From Phoronis australis (taxonomy: Eukaryota; Animalia; Phoronida): DNA of 64,000 bases. The first letter of the stretch is position 1; each line of letters begins with the position of its first letter. Of the stretch, positions 37,341 through 50,444 are shown piece by piece. A program made the translations under genes and the position numbers. Under the pieces are notes generated by a model. That model was not told where the DNA came from, did not search any database, and saw only the letters and a program-made list of their open reading frames with translations. The DNA is taken from assembly GCA_002633005.1 (NCBI GenBank), contig NMRA01000103.1, positions 527,612 through 591,611 of the forward strand. Direction: 5' to 3'.

Positions 37341-38147
37341 ATCAGTACTTCAATACAAAAAATAATGAGTGCACGACACCATCCTTATTGCAAACCCTTT
37401 TTAAAAAGCTTCAAAATCCATTCATGTTATGTAACATGCTCATTCGATACGAAGTTCGACTATTTGTGTGTGACGTTATCATGTACATTACTCATGCGCG
37501 CACCCAGCCTAAAAAATGGGATGCTCGAATTTTTGAAAATGTGGACATTTTACTAAGATTCACGGGGTACTTTCAGAGCCATGAATTGTGCATTCGCTGA
37601 ATTTTGATAGTTCCTACTTTTAAGTGCACTTTAGTCTCGCTTTCTACTTTTTTCGGAATTTTTATTTCTTTGAGGCGGACATTTTTGCCCACTTCGCCAA
37701 ATGACGGGTGCTCGTTCGAGACCCCCAACCCCCCCCCCCCCACCTGAGTGTGCGCATGTTACTATATATATAAGAAAAGTTTCTCAAAGCGACGTGAACG
37801 TGAATTATCACGCATTTATAATACCGCGTAATACATGCCATTGTTGGCTGTGACGTAATCCCGATAGTGTTTCAGTATTTTACGTAGAAAATAAATCTGA
37901 AACTAAATAAGGCGATCCAGATCCTCCCAAGGATACTATTGCTTCACGAAATGTAGAATATAAATCGGTAAATAAAACAACAAGATTGGATCAACTGAAA
38001 TTTGAAATTTTCGGATGTAATAACTTCCTTTGTCAACAGAAACAGAAACAGAAATAAAGTAAAATCAAACACTATATGACAATTGACATATAAGATATGG
38101 TGTAATGAATATGATACATTTTTGCGTAAAAAATTGAACGACATATT

Positions 38148-38305
38148 TTAAGAAGTTTTTATGTTCAATCCATGAGGTTCTATTGTATTGAGCTTGTCTA
38201 TCCAATATTGTTCTCTTTTGAGTCTGTGAGGGGTAATGGGGTGTTGGAGTTTTTCTATTATTTGTACAGAAAGATCTTGAATATTATGGTTTTTGGATCT
38301 TTCTT
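38148..38305 (-). mobile_element. Penelope-like GIY-YIG endonuclease C-terminal fragment
   Basis: NHNIQDLSVQIIEKLQHPITPHRLKREQYWIDKLNTIEPHGLN* matches the H...DL.V.IIE...RL.RE..WI..L.T..P.GLN pattern. Confidence 0.85.
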
Positions 38306-40821
38306 TACGGTGGCTGTAAAAGGACGGCACGGCAAATTTTTTCTCCGTTGCTAACTCTATCGATAGACTTACTATCTCTATCGATAGACTTACTGTCTCT
38401 ATCGATAGACTTACTATCTCTATCGACAGACTTTCTATCTCTATCGATAGACTTATTAACTCTATCGATAGACTTATTAACTCTATCGATAGACTTATTA
38501 ACTCTTTCGATAGACTTACTATCTCTAGCGATAGACTTATTAACTCTATCGATAGACTTACTATCTCTATTGATAGACTAAATAACTTTGTCGATAGACT
38601 TACTAACTCTATGGATAGACTTTGTAACTCTTTCGATAGTCCTACTAACTCTATCGACAGACTTACTTTCTCTATCGATAGACTTACTAACTCTATGGAT
38701 AGACTTAACAACTCTATCGATAGACTTACTAACTCTATCGATAGACTTACTATCTCTATTGATAGACTAAATAACTCTATCGATAGACTTACTAACTCTA
38801 TCGATAGACTTACTATCTCTATTGATAGACTAAATAACTCTATCGATAGACTTAATAACTCTATCGATAGTCCTACTAACTCTATCGATAGACTTACATT
38901 CTCTATCGACAGTCTTACTATCTCTACTGATAGACTTAACAACTCTATTGATAGACTTACTAACTCTATGGATAGACTTAATAATTCTATCGATAGACTT
39001 TCTATCTCTATTGATAGACTAAATAACTCTATCGATAGACTTACTAACTCTGTTGATAGACTTATTAACTCTTTCGATAGATTTACTATCTCTATCGATA
39101 GAATTACTAACTCTATTGATAGACTTACTAGCTCTATCGTTAGAGTAACGATATTTAGGTTACTACCTCGGTTTCAAATCAAAATGGTGGACCGAAGCAA
39201 GCATTTTGTCTATTTATTTAAGCTAGGACTGACTCGAAATGAAATAATAAAGGTACTAATGCGTCGTTTTGGAGCGTCACTAAGCACAAGGCAATTGCGA
39301 CGTGTTTTGGCGACTTATAAACTTCGGCGATAAAAAAGCCAGATTTTGATGAAGAGGTTCGTTTTCCTGAAGAACAAGCCACGGATTGAGTTCAGATGCA
39401 CGATTGTAGATTTATGCATCAGAAGTCCTTAGCAAATGGTTTGACTGTACCACGAGAAACAATTCGGCAGTTGTTAACTGTAATTGATCCTTCTGGAGTT
39501 CAAGCCAGACAGAGGAGGTATGGAGTCCGCTGTCCGAATGTCGTTTGGCATATGGAATCTTACAAGTTAAGGCCATTAGACATTTGTATTAGTGGCTGTA
39601 TTGTCGGTTATTCAAGATACGTATGATGGGTTGAGGTCCACAAGACAAGCAGTGACCCAAGGATCGTTGCTGGCTATTGTGTATCGGCCGTTAGTAATTA
39701 TGAAGGCTGTCCAAAAATGATTCGATTCGACCGTGGTACGGAAAATTCCCTCGTGGCGGCAGATGCGAGAATTCTTACATGACGATGACAACGATGTTCT
39801 TGCGGGACAAAACAGCTTTCTATATGGGCAAATCACCGCCAGTCAATTTATTGGATCGTCGGTGGTGGGGGTCCTCAGAAAAGAAAACATTGAGTTTCAG
39901 ATTTCACTTTTTTACGAATTCCAAGGTCTTAATATCTTTAATGGAGGCAATCTTGATAAAGAACGTATCAGATTCTGTTTCATGGATATCATACAAGTAT
40001 GTACATGTACATACGGACATGCACATTTGAGTTTTTTCTGAGTGTTATTGTATGAAACTGCTTAAGTTTGGTGACAAAATGAATTGGATTGGTTGGTGAT
40101 GTTTTTTGTGACAGACCTTCAACTTTCACTAACAATATAGATCTGCTCGCTCACAGCACCTGTTATATCTTAAGATTTATCGTTGATTAGCTTCAGAATT
40201 ACTGGACAAAAACCATATGACTAGAATATAAGAATTGTGTCATTTTTAAAGCTGTAATTCCATAAAATTTATAAAAGTTTTGCAAATTATATATTTATTT
40301 GTAACTTTTTCTAAGAAGAATGTTAATGGCTGTCTTACAGTTTTATTGAGATCTCATGTTTACGCTAGTTTCTAACCGATGTGATCAGACAATGATTCCC
40401 TGTAAAAAACGTAGCTAATGCAGTCATACCTTTATGTTGGGATAGTGAGATTGTCGTGTAGTGACAAAAGTTTTTGATACTGTTATTTTTCGGAAAGAAA
40501 TTGACGAATTCCGTCATCTATGGAATGCACAGAAGATCGGGCGATACAAAAAATATGTACTTGAATCATGGGAGGCCATTTTTGATGTACACTCTTCCTG
40601 AAACGAGTACAGTAAGAAATTGTCTTTGTGCTGCAGACGAACAAAAAGTTTTAACCTGCTAGCATGAGTGTACTTTTAAGTCTGACCGTCCCTGGGATGA
40701 CGACTTCTACGGGTTGTGTACTATGTTGATGGTAGAGCACGCATTAGAAACGCCCAGTAACGCTACAGTGGCTGCAGACTTGTACATCCAGCTGAGAGGC
40801 ATCATTGCAGCTGCATTGTAG
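38306..40821 (+). mobile_element. IS3EU-type DNA transposon relic (integrase-like transposase pseudogene 39184-40821, intron ~39997-40493)
   Basis: TACGG terminus at 38306. HTH-like start LSTRQLRRVL, then VPRETIRQLLTVIDPSGV, PNVVWHMESYKLRP..ICISGCIVGYSR, RFDRGTEN, SFLYG, LDKERIRFCFMDIIQ|KEIDEFRHLWN, HGRPFLMYTLPE. Several stops and frameshifts. The right end was not located. Confidence 0.8.
38351..39143. repeat. 21-bp tandem array (~37-38 units), consensus CTCTATCGATAGACTTACTAA
   Basis: Direct observation. Each unit holds the palindrome TCTATCGATAGA, and the array is open as heptad ORFs on both strands. Confidence 0.97.
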
Positions 40822-41628
40822 ACAGAATTCAGTATTCAGTTCATATGTCACAATGACCGTGTGCCGTACATGGTCGCGTTTAGGCGCATGGGCCTATATT
40901 CGAACGCATAAAGTTTCAAAAACTGAACCTAACGAAGCGTCTAACCCGAGTGACAGTCCATTTTCGTTGTCTCGACTTTTCCCTCATAACAAGTTCGTAT
41001 CACCAGAGCATTTTAATTGTCATTAGTTAGTCAATGTGTTTTATCTCGTTCTCTCTTGAGGAGGTCTTATAATAAATAATTGCTCATGACGATTAAAACA
41101 GGAAGTTCCGATGCCACTCTAAATGTATATACATAACATTTTCATACCAGATGTGAATGTTTGCAGTGAAACGTAATTAGTATTTATTGAATATTTATTT
41201 AGAAAGACTAAATAATAAACCTTTTAAATCCAGTAACTCCACATCACACAGTAACAAAAAAACTCTTATATATTATCAATACTGTCGTTCTGGCAACTTC
41301 ACACAACCTGATTGCACGTGCTAAAAGGCGGTTAAACCATCATTCTTCGAAGCAATGGTCAGCACACCTTCTGAAGTGACGAATCTTTGACTCTTAAAAA
41401 CCATCTCAAACGTACCTGTATCTTGCTTATAGTTACCGCCTTACTATGTATGTACTTTGAACAGAAAAATCCTCAGTTGTACATACGTGTATAGCACAAA
41501 AATCAACTCATATATGCCAATTCCAATTTTGTTGAAACAAAAAAACGACTTAAATCCATCTCACACCTACCTTGCTTACAGTTACCGCCACACCCAGTAT
41601 GTACTTTGAACTAAGCAATCCTTGTATA

Positions 41629-41699
41629 CAGTGGCGGATTTAGAGGGGGCANCCCCCCCCCCCCCCCCCACCTAACTCAAAATCCTGGATCCGCCCCTG
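41629..41699. mobile_element. Small hAT-like MITE with 5-bp TSD, collapsed at an N
   Basis: CAGTGGCGGATTTAG ... CTGGATCCGCCCCTG, flanked by GTATA/GTATA. Confidence 0.85.
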
Positions 41700-43039
41700 G
41701 TATATGCAATACAACAAATCAACTTATACGTTACAAAAGATTGTCCACTCAATTAAAAACGATTTCAACAGTTCAGCAGTCTGTTCGGTGCCTACAGATG
41801 AGTTCCTGAGCCACCGCAAAGCCCAACATATTGTCAAACTTGAAATCAACAGTGCAGTGATCAAAGAACCTTGATTGTAGACAATATCGCAAATGTATTA
41901 GCAATGGCGGACTCTGAAAACTAGCTCAGGCGTATCTTGTTTAACCCAGTTACTGACATACCCAGAACGAACTTTTAAACCAAAGGTTCTGTGCCCCTGG
42001 GATAGTGGCTGATAAAGTCAATATGATGTAGGCAGCACGTAGCCCCTCGGTTGGCCGGTAAGGGGCTACAATACTTCCCATCGCTTTCTGTACGCATTTC
42101 GTTCCAAGTATTTTAAACGGGCGGTAGGCCAAATCCAGCCACCGATTTTGAGTTTTCACCTCGTCAAAAATACATTCCACACTTAAAATTATCACTTAAA
42201 AAGCGCTTACTTTCATCATTGGTCCTTTTTACTTCTATACATATCTTCAATGAAGTTTAGTTGTGAGAATTAAGGTGACTTTGGCGAAGAATTACAACTC
42301 CACTTTTTTGGTTGCCGTTAACTTTTTCACCACGCGCGTGATAACCACAAAGTATGTCAACTGAGTCCCGTGAGTTAGGCAAAGGCTAGCGCGAGACTGA
42401 GCGAAGGGCGTGATGCTTGCGCGTGACGCTTGCAAAATAGCACTGATCAGAAGGTATCAGGTGAAATTTGTAAGATTTGTGTCCTTTGGACTTTTTATTC
42501 GTCAACATGCGTGATTTCACGTAACTTCCTCAAAATGGCACCTGGTAAGAAAAACTCGAGCAAACCGCTACAGATTTTCATCGATTTGTTCAAATTATCT
42601 TGACTGAATCGTTTCCAGGCTTATGGTATGAGTTGTTTATAACTCCATGTGCATATATGCATGTTTCATTTCATTTTATTTCCTGTATTTTGAGTAACGT
42701 TTTGTGGGGATGTACTATCGCTCCTGGATGCCTGGGCATCCAGGGCGATGTAATTGCCTAACACTGGTGGGGTTGTCGGAGTTGCTTGTTCCGAGGGTGG
42801 AGCTGAGAACGGAGCATCACTATGGCTGCGAACCTTTGTTTCGTCTTCTTGCTACATACATTGTATATCTCTCACGAGTATGCGGTCAGTTTCTTTGGAA
42901 AGAGCGCTGATCACCTGTAGCCAGACCAGGGTTACTGGTCGTCCGGTATGCAACGGTGACAAAGGTTTGGCAGAGAATCTTGAGTCATGGTATGCAATAA
43001 TTACTTCTCGCTTCACCAGTAGACTATTGTCATAGGGCT

Positions 43040-44100
43040 CCCCAGGGCTGACGTTAGATGGATTGCTGCTAGAGTCAGTATGTGGCACTGAAGGATAACA
43101 TTGCCAAAGCAAAATCCTGGCCAGACGCTGTGCACATCTTCAGTGTGTTCTTTACACATGCATACATGCTCTGCAAAAGACATCAGACTGGGGATATCTT
43201 GGTGACGATGACGTAGTGTGTGTTACCGAAAAGCCTTTGCACTTCTTTTTATACGCTGCACAATTATAGGCTGACCGGGTTCCGTTGTCGGTAACTATTT
43301 CTTTCAGAACTCCGAATAGATACAATGTATACTGTATGTTTCGTAACTGCAGAGGGCATATTTTCTAATCCATATACCATAGGGAACTTGGAGTGATAGT
43401 TGACTATGATGAGGTAGTTCATACCATTGTATTCAAAGATGCCGAGGCCTTCTTCGTCCATGGCGTGGATGGCATGTCGTTTGCTACAAGCAGTTGGGTT
43501 TGACTGGAGTCTCTAAACTCGTCGTAAATTCTGCACTGTGTCAAGAGCTTATCGATGTCGTCGTTGATTTTAGGCCAGAACACACTTTCTCGGGCTAGTC
43601 GTCTGGTACCCTGGACTCCTTGAAGACCAGAATTAACTACTGTAGAATGTATTGTCGTGATGGTTTCGGAAATAGTACTTGTCGACCTTTGAAGGCCACA
43701 CCATCAGACACTCCGAACTTATCTCGAAAGGGCCAATACGTTCGAAGGTCAGTAGGCACACCATCCAGTGACGACGGGTATAGGGCATTCAGGGCGGAGT
43801 CTTTGGCAATTTGTACTCTTATAGTGCGCCACGCTTCTGAAAACCGAAGTTAATAAGGTGTACAGTGACACCACAGACCGAGATGTCAAGAGGGATGTCT
43901 TCAGTCTTGATAGTGTTCGGCAGACGACGAAATGCATCAGACAGGACGACCTTGTTGTCAGGCTGGTATTCAACTGTAAAGTCGTAATCCTGAATTTTGA
44001 CAATCAAGCGCTGAAGCCTTGGAGGTGCACTTGTTATTGGCTTGTTTTCTATCGTCACAAGTAGACGGTGATCGCTGATGACGTTAAAAATACGACCAAA
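43040..44100 (-). mobile_element. Decayed Ty3/Gypsy pol (RNase H to integrase)
   Basis: KPITSAPPRLQRLIVKIQDYDFTVEYQP..LSDA, YWPFRD...DGVAFKGRQV, WPKINDDID and IFEYNGMNYLIIVNYHSKFP. Multiple frameshifts, no LTR pair seen. Confidence 0.88.
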
Positions 44101-44105
44101 CAGAT

Positions 44106-44400
44106 TAGTCTAACCCCCATAATGAACCCCGTAAAGTCTTTTGTTGAAATATATTAAATATGATCAGGAGAACAAAATTAGCTTGGTTGTACCTTGTGCA
44201 ACTTTCAGCAATTTTTGCAATTCAAGATGGCGGACGCCGCCATTCTGAACTTCGGCCCACTTGATGACTTACAGGGTCATGTAATACATTGTTTATGCCG
44301 TTTTCTGTGATGGGGGATCCATTTCTGATGCTGTTTTATTGATGTGGGGTCATTTTCAAGGTCAAATCAGAGGTCAAAGTCAAAACTGCCTTACACCCTT
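44106..44400 (+). mobile_element. DNA transposon end (Academ-like) abutting the Gypsy relic
   Basis: Starts with TAGTC exactly where Gypsy similarity stops, and contains CAAGATGGCGGACGCCGCCATT and repeated GGTCA motifs. Confidence 0.4.
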
Positions 44401-47018
44401 CTGGTATTTAGTTTTGAATCCCATTATTTTTCACTTTCTTCATCAAGCACTATAGCATACTGTAGTGGTACAAACATTTTGCTTTTATGAGGGTTGTGTG
44501 GCACACTATAAAAATCATCTGGCGTGTAAATGCTCATCACTTGAGCAGTTGCTTGAGAGTCCAGTATGGTTACTGCCAACTTCGCCAAAAAGCACTACTC
44601 CGAAAAAAAAACAATACTCCGAAAAGAAAACATTACTTCAAAGAAACCCACGCCTCCTCCAAATATGAAGGTATTTCTTTCATTTTATAACACTAATATG
44701 ATACATTTTCATTTGGTCAAGCGAACTTCATGGAAGACAGGATACAATAGTTGTTAAATACAAAGACAGTAGAAACGGCAGAAATAACTCATTGGACTTC
44801 ATTGTCCAAAATGTAGTTTGTGTGTGTGTGTTTTGTTAGTAAGTAACAAATTAAAAACCCATTCGTGAAGTGGGAGAAAATTTGGGAAGAAGGCTAGAAA
44901 TGTTTTGCGTAGGCCCCAACTGCAATGGATTCTATGTCAAGACTAAATTAGCAAGAGAGAACAGGGGTTCTTTGATGTTATAAGCTATTACAAATTTCTT
45001 AAGACATTTTCGGGAGATGAGGAACTCAAGAAGTAAAGTTTAATATTTGTCAAACGTATCAAGGAAATGGTATAACAATATTGTATTGAAACTGAAAAAT
45101 GAATAACAGTTACAGAACACTCAGAATTCCACGTTATAGGCCTACTCTTGCAATTGTAGCGACAGCAGACGATAATGTACTTGCTGGGGTGGTCTATGCC
45201 AATAGGGAGCGATGAATCAGCGTGGTTTTGCATTTCACATCTTAAAGAGTATAGCAACTCGAGTATGAGTATCAGATTTGAGTACGTTTGCAGTCCACTC
45301 GAAATGCGACATTAGATACGCTTTTTTAGTATGACTCGAGTGAGCACGATTTTGAGTATGAAATCTCGAGTATGAGTATGAGTCTGAGTACGGAGAATGG
45401 AGACCGGACCCTGGTGTAAACAGCCCGCCAATCACGTCACTGCATAACTGATGCTGATTTGAGCTGAGTAAGACAAGTACTGCATTACCGGTACTTTAGC
45501 AGATATTAGGGTAGAGTTTAATAATGCTAGGAGCTCGCTAAAAGCAAGGCTATGCGATATATTGCAGTGTATTTTCAATGGGAGGCATGTGATTTTGGCG
45601 GCCAGATTTTTCTCGCCACAGCAGGTAAATCTTTGCAAAGAATCACTGGCCAAAACCAAATGTTTTTCTTACTTTGAAAACCGCATCAATTTTGTGGACG
45701 ACTGTGAAATGACATGAATGCGCGATAGCTTAACAAACGTATGCTTTCTCGTATTCAATTCCTCAGAAACGGCTTGAACGAACTTATCCCTCAAAATTTC
45801 AGGAAATCGTGCCGGCCTTCAAAGATAAACTTAGGATCTGTTTGGAGCATCGGAGCATCAGGACGCCGTCAGGGCAGCCACAGAAGGATCGAAGAGGCGA
45901 ATATGAAGATTGGTGCATACCTATACGCAGTTAGGGTATGACAGTTTTATACTACCATAAGTAACACAAGTTAGTGCAGATTTTAAAGTTCAACCTTGGT
46001 GTTAGGACAATACATCGATATAGAGCTTCGGCTACGCGTTGAACCCGAACATATGTGAGGTCGGCATTCTTTGGCTTACTACGTTACAATGATATAAATG
46101 TTTGGAATATGGCGTTTACGGTGTTCTGAGCCCTCGTCGCGTTGCTCAGTGTTTTTTCTCAGAAAATCCACAGTGTTAGTGGGTGGTTGGGATTGACATT
46201 CAGAAAATATGCCCATGTTTCGTGCTAAAACTCAATTTCGTTAGTATTTCATGAGCGCGGCGGAACACAGCAGATCAGAAGAGGAAGACGATTTTGAGCG
46301 ACAACTGGACAATGCAAAATAGACAATTATAATCACTAGCAAATCCCATAGTAAACCTAGGTCACTTGTATTCGCTATTTCCATGGTGGAATGAGCTTAC
46401 GTGTCGTAGCAATGGATCTGGGCCAGGGATTAGGGCCTGGAATCACTCTAGAATGGAAGCATTTTGTTGAAATTTGCAAATACAATTACAAGCTGGCAAG
46501 TCCTTCATTGTATAACGCCGCTTTTGTTTTTGGTCGAAACTCGATTCTTTGAAATCTTCGGTGCAGAACAAGATGTGGCTCCAATCCTACTTTACACACC
46601 GACATCCCACACTCTCATACGTCGCATAAACCGATGCCAGTTCTGTGCAACTTTCATGTTTTTAGGAAATTTAAACCCAGAGACGTTCTTGATCAAGTTG
46701 CTGTTATTACAGGTTCCCCAAACGCATCTTTTCATGTCTCAGTGAAAAAGGCGTCTCTACGACTTTCCTCACAACTCCTCAGTATCGCACCGATAGAAAC
46801 AACAACGCCAGAGACGGTCTTCCGCTCATTACGTACAACCCCGATAACAGAAAACCATTTTTTAATTTTGGCTTCTTTCTTAGCAACAGGTATACTAGAG
46901 ACTATGAAATCTCTTAAGATGTATGAATAAAATTATTTCGGAGACCCCGGGTCATGCTGGGAACTCTTTGATAATATAGTAAGCTTACAAGCTGTTAGAC
47001 AATTGAACTAAACTGCAA

Positions 47019-48968
47019 TTGTACACTTCTTCCTCCGTATTTCAGAATGGCGCCAAAGCAATTTACGTCGGAAGAGCTTTTCCCTTAGATGTGATAGAAC
47101 AATCACTCGTGTCGCCAAAACCAGACGGCAACTGGACGGTTTTGACTCATGCTACAGATATGGCCACACGAATAAATCCGGAATATCACTTTTGGTGCCA
47201 TCAAACGAGTCAGGGCGCTTGCGCTCAAAATAACGACACCAATACATCAATGCGTGATTACATTTCTTGTGAAACACCTTTGAAACCATTGTTGGTAAAT
47301 TTCGTCAATAAACATACAAAATCTCCCAAACAAGCAGCACGTAGCCACTCGCCTCTTCTTTGGTCAAATCACAACAGACTGTTGTATGAGTCACCAGTAG
47401 AAAGCGCAGTACTTTTTGAGGAAGCGTTTTGGCTTGGTTTTGTCGTTCTGCTGCCGCCAAAGGAAGAATTGGCCGAGGAGATGGGTTTTTTCCTGCAATT
47501 GTTGCTGAAACTAGTAAATCGACATTCTGTCTTCGCGCCCGGTCTTCATCTTGGCTTGAAGGGTGAAGGACGTACAGAAAAATGGAATCGTTTTTTGACG
47601 CTACAGGGTAAATTTCTTGATAAAATGAATAGAACAGTGGTGTCATCTGTTAAAGATCTGACAGAGAGACTTGTGGACTTGTTTGTAGAGAAAGGTCTGC
47701 TAAGTCGGCAGTTTCAATCGGACGTCCTTAGTTGGTTTCAAAATTTATCCAAGGTTAGTTATAATTTACCCCACGTGATGCAAATTAGGAGTAAAGGAGC
47801 TCTACAATGTAGCGAAAGGCGTTATATGTTTTCACCATCTGTTATTGAGGATTGGTCAAAACGAGACAACAGAGACGTGCTTTACCAGAACATGCACTTG
47901 ATCGACGAATTGAAGGTGAAGACGTGTGGAAATGCTTCTTCATTTTCGGCCACTTCTCTTGCCAAGCTTCAACAAGAGTTCAGTGACATTCTATTCATAG
48001 TTTGGTTTGTTAAACCAAAGCATTATAACTGTATCAAATATATCGAGGCACTATACAGGCCCTTATTTCCTAACATATTGTATTGTGGTCCCCATCAAAC
48101 GGGTAATGGTCCATTTTTAAAAGAATCGTTGTTTAGGCAATACTCTGCATCATATGTTGAACTACCGGATTACCACTGCGGTTGCGGGGGAAGAAAATGC
48201 CAAGGCTGCAGTCACATTTGCTTGAGATTAGCTGTTGAAATGGGCTACAACGGAATCAAAGGATACTTAGTTTTAGGTGATGACGTGCAGATAAACTTTT
48301 GGAACATCAAGCAGTTGCCGCGTGATCAGATGTGGTTTCAAGGACAGTGTGATGGTGTTGTACCTAGTGTGGATTTTCATAGCTTAAAGGAGTGCGAAGT
48401 CGTCGACTGTTCGCCTCCACTTGACAATGCATTAAAGCCGGTACATTCTACTCACGGACAGCAATGCATTCGGTGCAACGGGACCCGTGATAAATGGTAC
48501 CATTGGGACAAAGAAAATTTACAAGGTTTAGAGAACGCAATGCGCAGGATGAACGCATCGAATGACCCGGTCTTAAACAAGTGTTTTAGCGAGAATATTA
48601 GAAAACATGGTTTATATCACGTTATCAACAAACCACACAATGCCGATATTTTTTATGTACCATCATCAAAAGCAGTCGAATTTTCACAGCTCACTCAGGT
48701 GTTTTGGGAGGAAAAGGTGTACTTTGAAAGTGCAGTTCTGGCCATATGTTCATGCATGAGTCACGAGAATAAGGTGCTGCAGCTTAGCGGACAAAGTGAG
48801 TGGTCTTCATTCCGTGTAGAAGCGTGGAGATTCTTCAGCACCAATACAAATAAAGTATACTACCATCCTTCAAAGTTGGGTTTGATTGACTCGGGCAATA
48901 TACGTTTTCGACAATATTTTTGTGATGAAATCTTGCCAAAGACGCAAACCGAGGTTAACAAGGTGTAA
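47019..48968 (+). CDS. STELLO/DUF288-like glycosyltransferase, intronless, N-terminally incomplete (first ATG at 47160)
   Basis: 649-codon open frame with FSDILFIVWF, YIEALYRPLFPNILYCGP, CLRLAVEMGYNGIKGYLVLGDDVQINFWN, ADIFYVP and YYHPSK, which are motifs of animal DUF288/STELLO-like proteins. Confidence 0.75.
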   Translation: MYTSSSVFQNGAKAIYVGRAFPLDVIEQSLVSPKPDGNWTVLTHATDMATRINPEYHFWCHQTSQGACAQNNDTNTSMRDYISCETPLKPLLVNFVNKHTKSPKQAARSHSPLLWSNHNRLLYESPVESAVLFEEAFWLGFVVLLPPKEELAEEMGFFLQLLLKLVNRHSVFAPGLHLGLKGEGRTEKWNRFLTLQGKFLDKMNRTVVSSVKDLTERLVDLFVEKGLLSRQFQSDVLSWFQNLSKVSYNLPHVMQIRSKGALQCSERRYMFSPSVIEDWSKRDNRDVLYQNMHLIDELKVKTCGNASSFSATSLAKLQQEFSDILFIVWFVKPKHYNCIKYIEALYRPLFPNILYCGPHQTGNGPFLKESLFRQYSASYVELPDYHCGCGGRKCQGCSHICLRLAVEMGYNGIKGYLVLGDDVQINFWNIKQLPRDQMWFQGQCDGVVPSVDFHSLKECEVVDCSPPLDNALKPVHSTHGQQCIRCNGTRDKWYHWDKENLQGLENAMRRMNASNDPVLNKCFSENIRKHGLYHVINKPHNADIFYVPSSKAVEFSQLTQVFWEEKVYFESAVLAICSCMSHENKVLQLSGQSEWSSFRVEAWRFFSTNTNKVYYHPSKLGLIDSGNIRFRQYFCDEILPKTQTEVNKV

Positions 48969-49745
48969 AGTGACTTTTTTGTGCTCAAACTGTCACCAGT
49001 TTCACAATATCAAGACTGACTTGTCATGTGAAGATTATTTGTCCTGCTTGAACACTCGCTTTAAGAACTTTACTTGCAATATGTCGATAACCACAAGCTT
49101 TGTGTCAATGTAGGTATCCAAAAATGGTTTGTGAAATTGGCAATATGGAGGCGATTGAAGATGAGGTACATTTTATTTATCAGTGCCGGGTTCTCGAGGA
49201 CCTCACAGCCAATTTCTTGGCCGAGTTACACCAAGCTGGTACGAGAAAATTTAATGTTTTCCCAGTGTGATTACTGTGTATTTATGCAACGACGGATTTG
49301 AGAGACGAGGTGACGAACTGACTGTATATGTAAGGCGATTATTATTATTAAATCACATATCATGTATCACATGAGGATTGCAATTAATGTGATTATGGTT
49401 TATATGGATTTTGAATATAAAAGTTATTTAACCAGTGGATTTTAAATGTGAACATTTTTGACCAGCGTAGTACAACAAAAAGTCATACGACCCAAAACTT
49501 AAAATGTATTTTTAGTAATTTTATCATGTCATCTTCAAAATGTGAGTTCCTCCTAAGTGAAAAACATTAAAATATTGATATGAGAAAAATTCTTCCCTCT
49601 GGATCTTTGCAGTGCCGAATATTCTCGTTTTACACTCCACCCATCCCCTCCATCCCTTCATTAATAGAATTCCAAAGAAATTCAATTAGCCCTCCTATCA
49701 AGAAACTTCGGATGGGCCTTGTCAGTATTCCCATACTGCTATGTC

Positions 49746-50444
49746 CATCTTGCAGAGACTTATTTAGTTCTTCTACTTACGTCATAATAAATAACATTAT
49801 TCGCAATCCTCATCTTGTTTTACTCTGCAACACAGCTCGTGGAGTACCCCGGGAAAAATAGATTACGATTAATTAAATTTAACATGTTAAATGCATTTAT
49901 CGTCACTATTTTGACCTGTGTCACTTTACTTCTATATCAACCCTGATGGTTTATTTTGCATTTCTCGTCTCTATTTATAGACTTAGGGTGCTACTTTTGT
50001 ATCCATACATTTCTTTAATCGACACCTGATTGGTCACTCATATTTCCTTTGTTCAGTTACCTTGGTCTAGTTCATTCAGTCACCTATCTCGTCGTCTGTA
50101 AGACGTTTGTACACTGCATTTTTCCCACCCTCCATTCCGGGTGTCTGTTCAAATTTTTTCGCATTACACATTACACGTTAGGCCTTTTTCAAGTTTTTGG
50201 TTTATTTATAATCTTTTTTTGTACATTTTCTTTAGGTCCTTTAGGCAGTCCTTAAGTCTTTTGTTTTGTTCCATCATTAAAGACAATTCACTGTACACGC
50301 CGGTGGTGTTTTTCCATGCCCATCTTGCAGAGTCTTCTTTAGTTCTTTTACTTACGTCGTAATAAATGACATTATTCTCAACCCTCATCTTGTTTTACTC
50401 TGCAGCATAGCTCGTGACGTACCCCGCGCAAAATAGATCACGAT
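49746..50444. repeat. Pair of ~125-bp direct repeats (49746-49869 and 50321-50444)
   Basis: CATCTTGCAGAG.CTT.TTTAGTTCTT.TACTTACGTC.TAATAAAT.ACATTATTC.CAA.CCTCATCTTGTTTTACTCTGCA.CA.AGCTCGTG..GTACCCCG occurs twice. Confidence 0.85.

Noticed and set aside
38148-39333. Real coiled-coil protein genes (264 aa minus, 240 aa plus)
   Set aside because: The frames stay open because the repeat unit is 21 bp, and their unique ends are fragments of two different decayed mobile elements.
46109-47006. Selenocysteine or readthrough at TGA codons upstream of the glycosyltransferase
   Set aside because: TAA stops and frameshifts are also present, so recoding cannot restore the frame.
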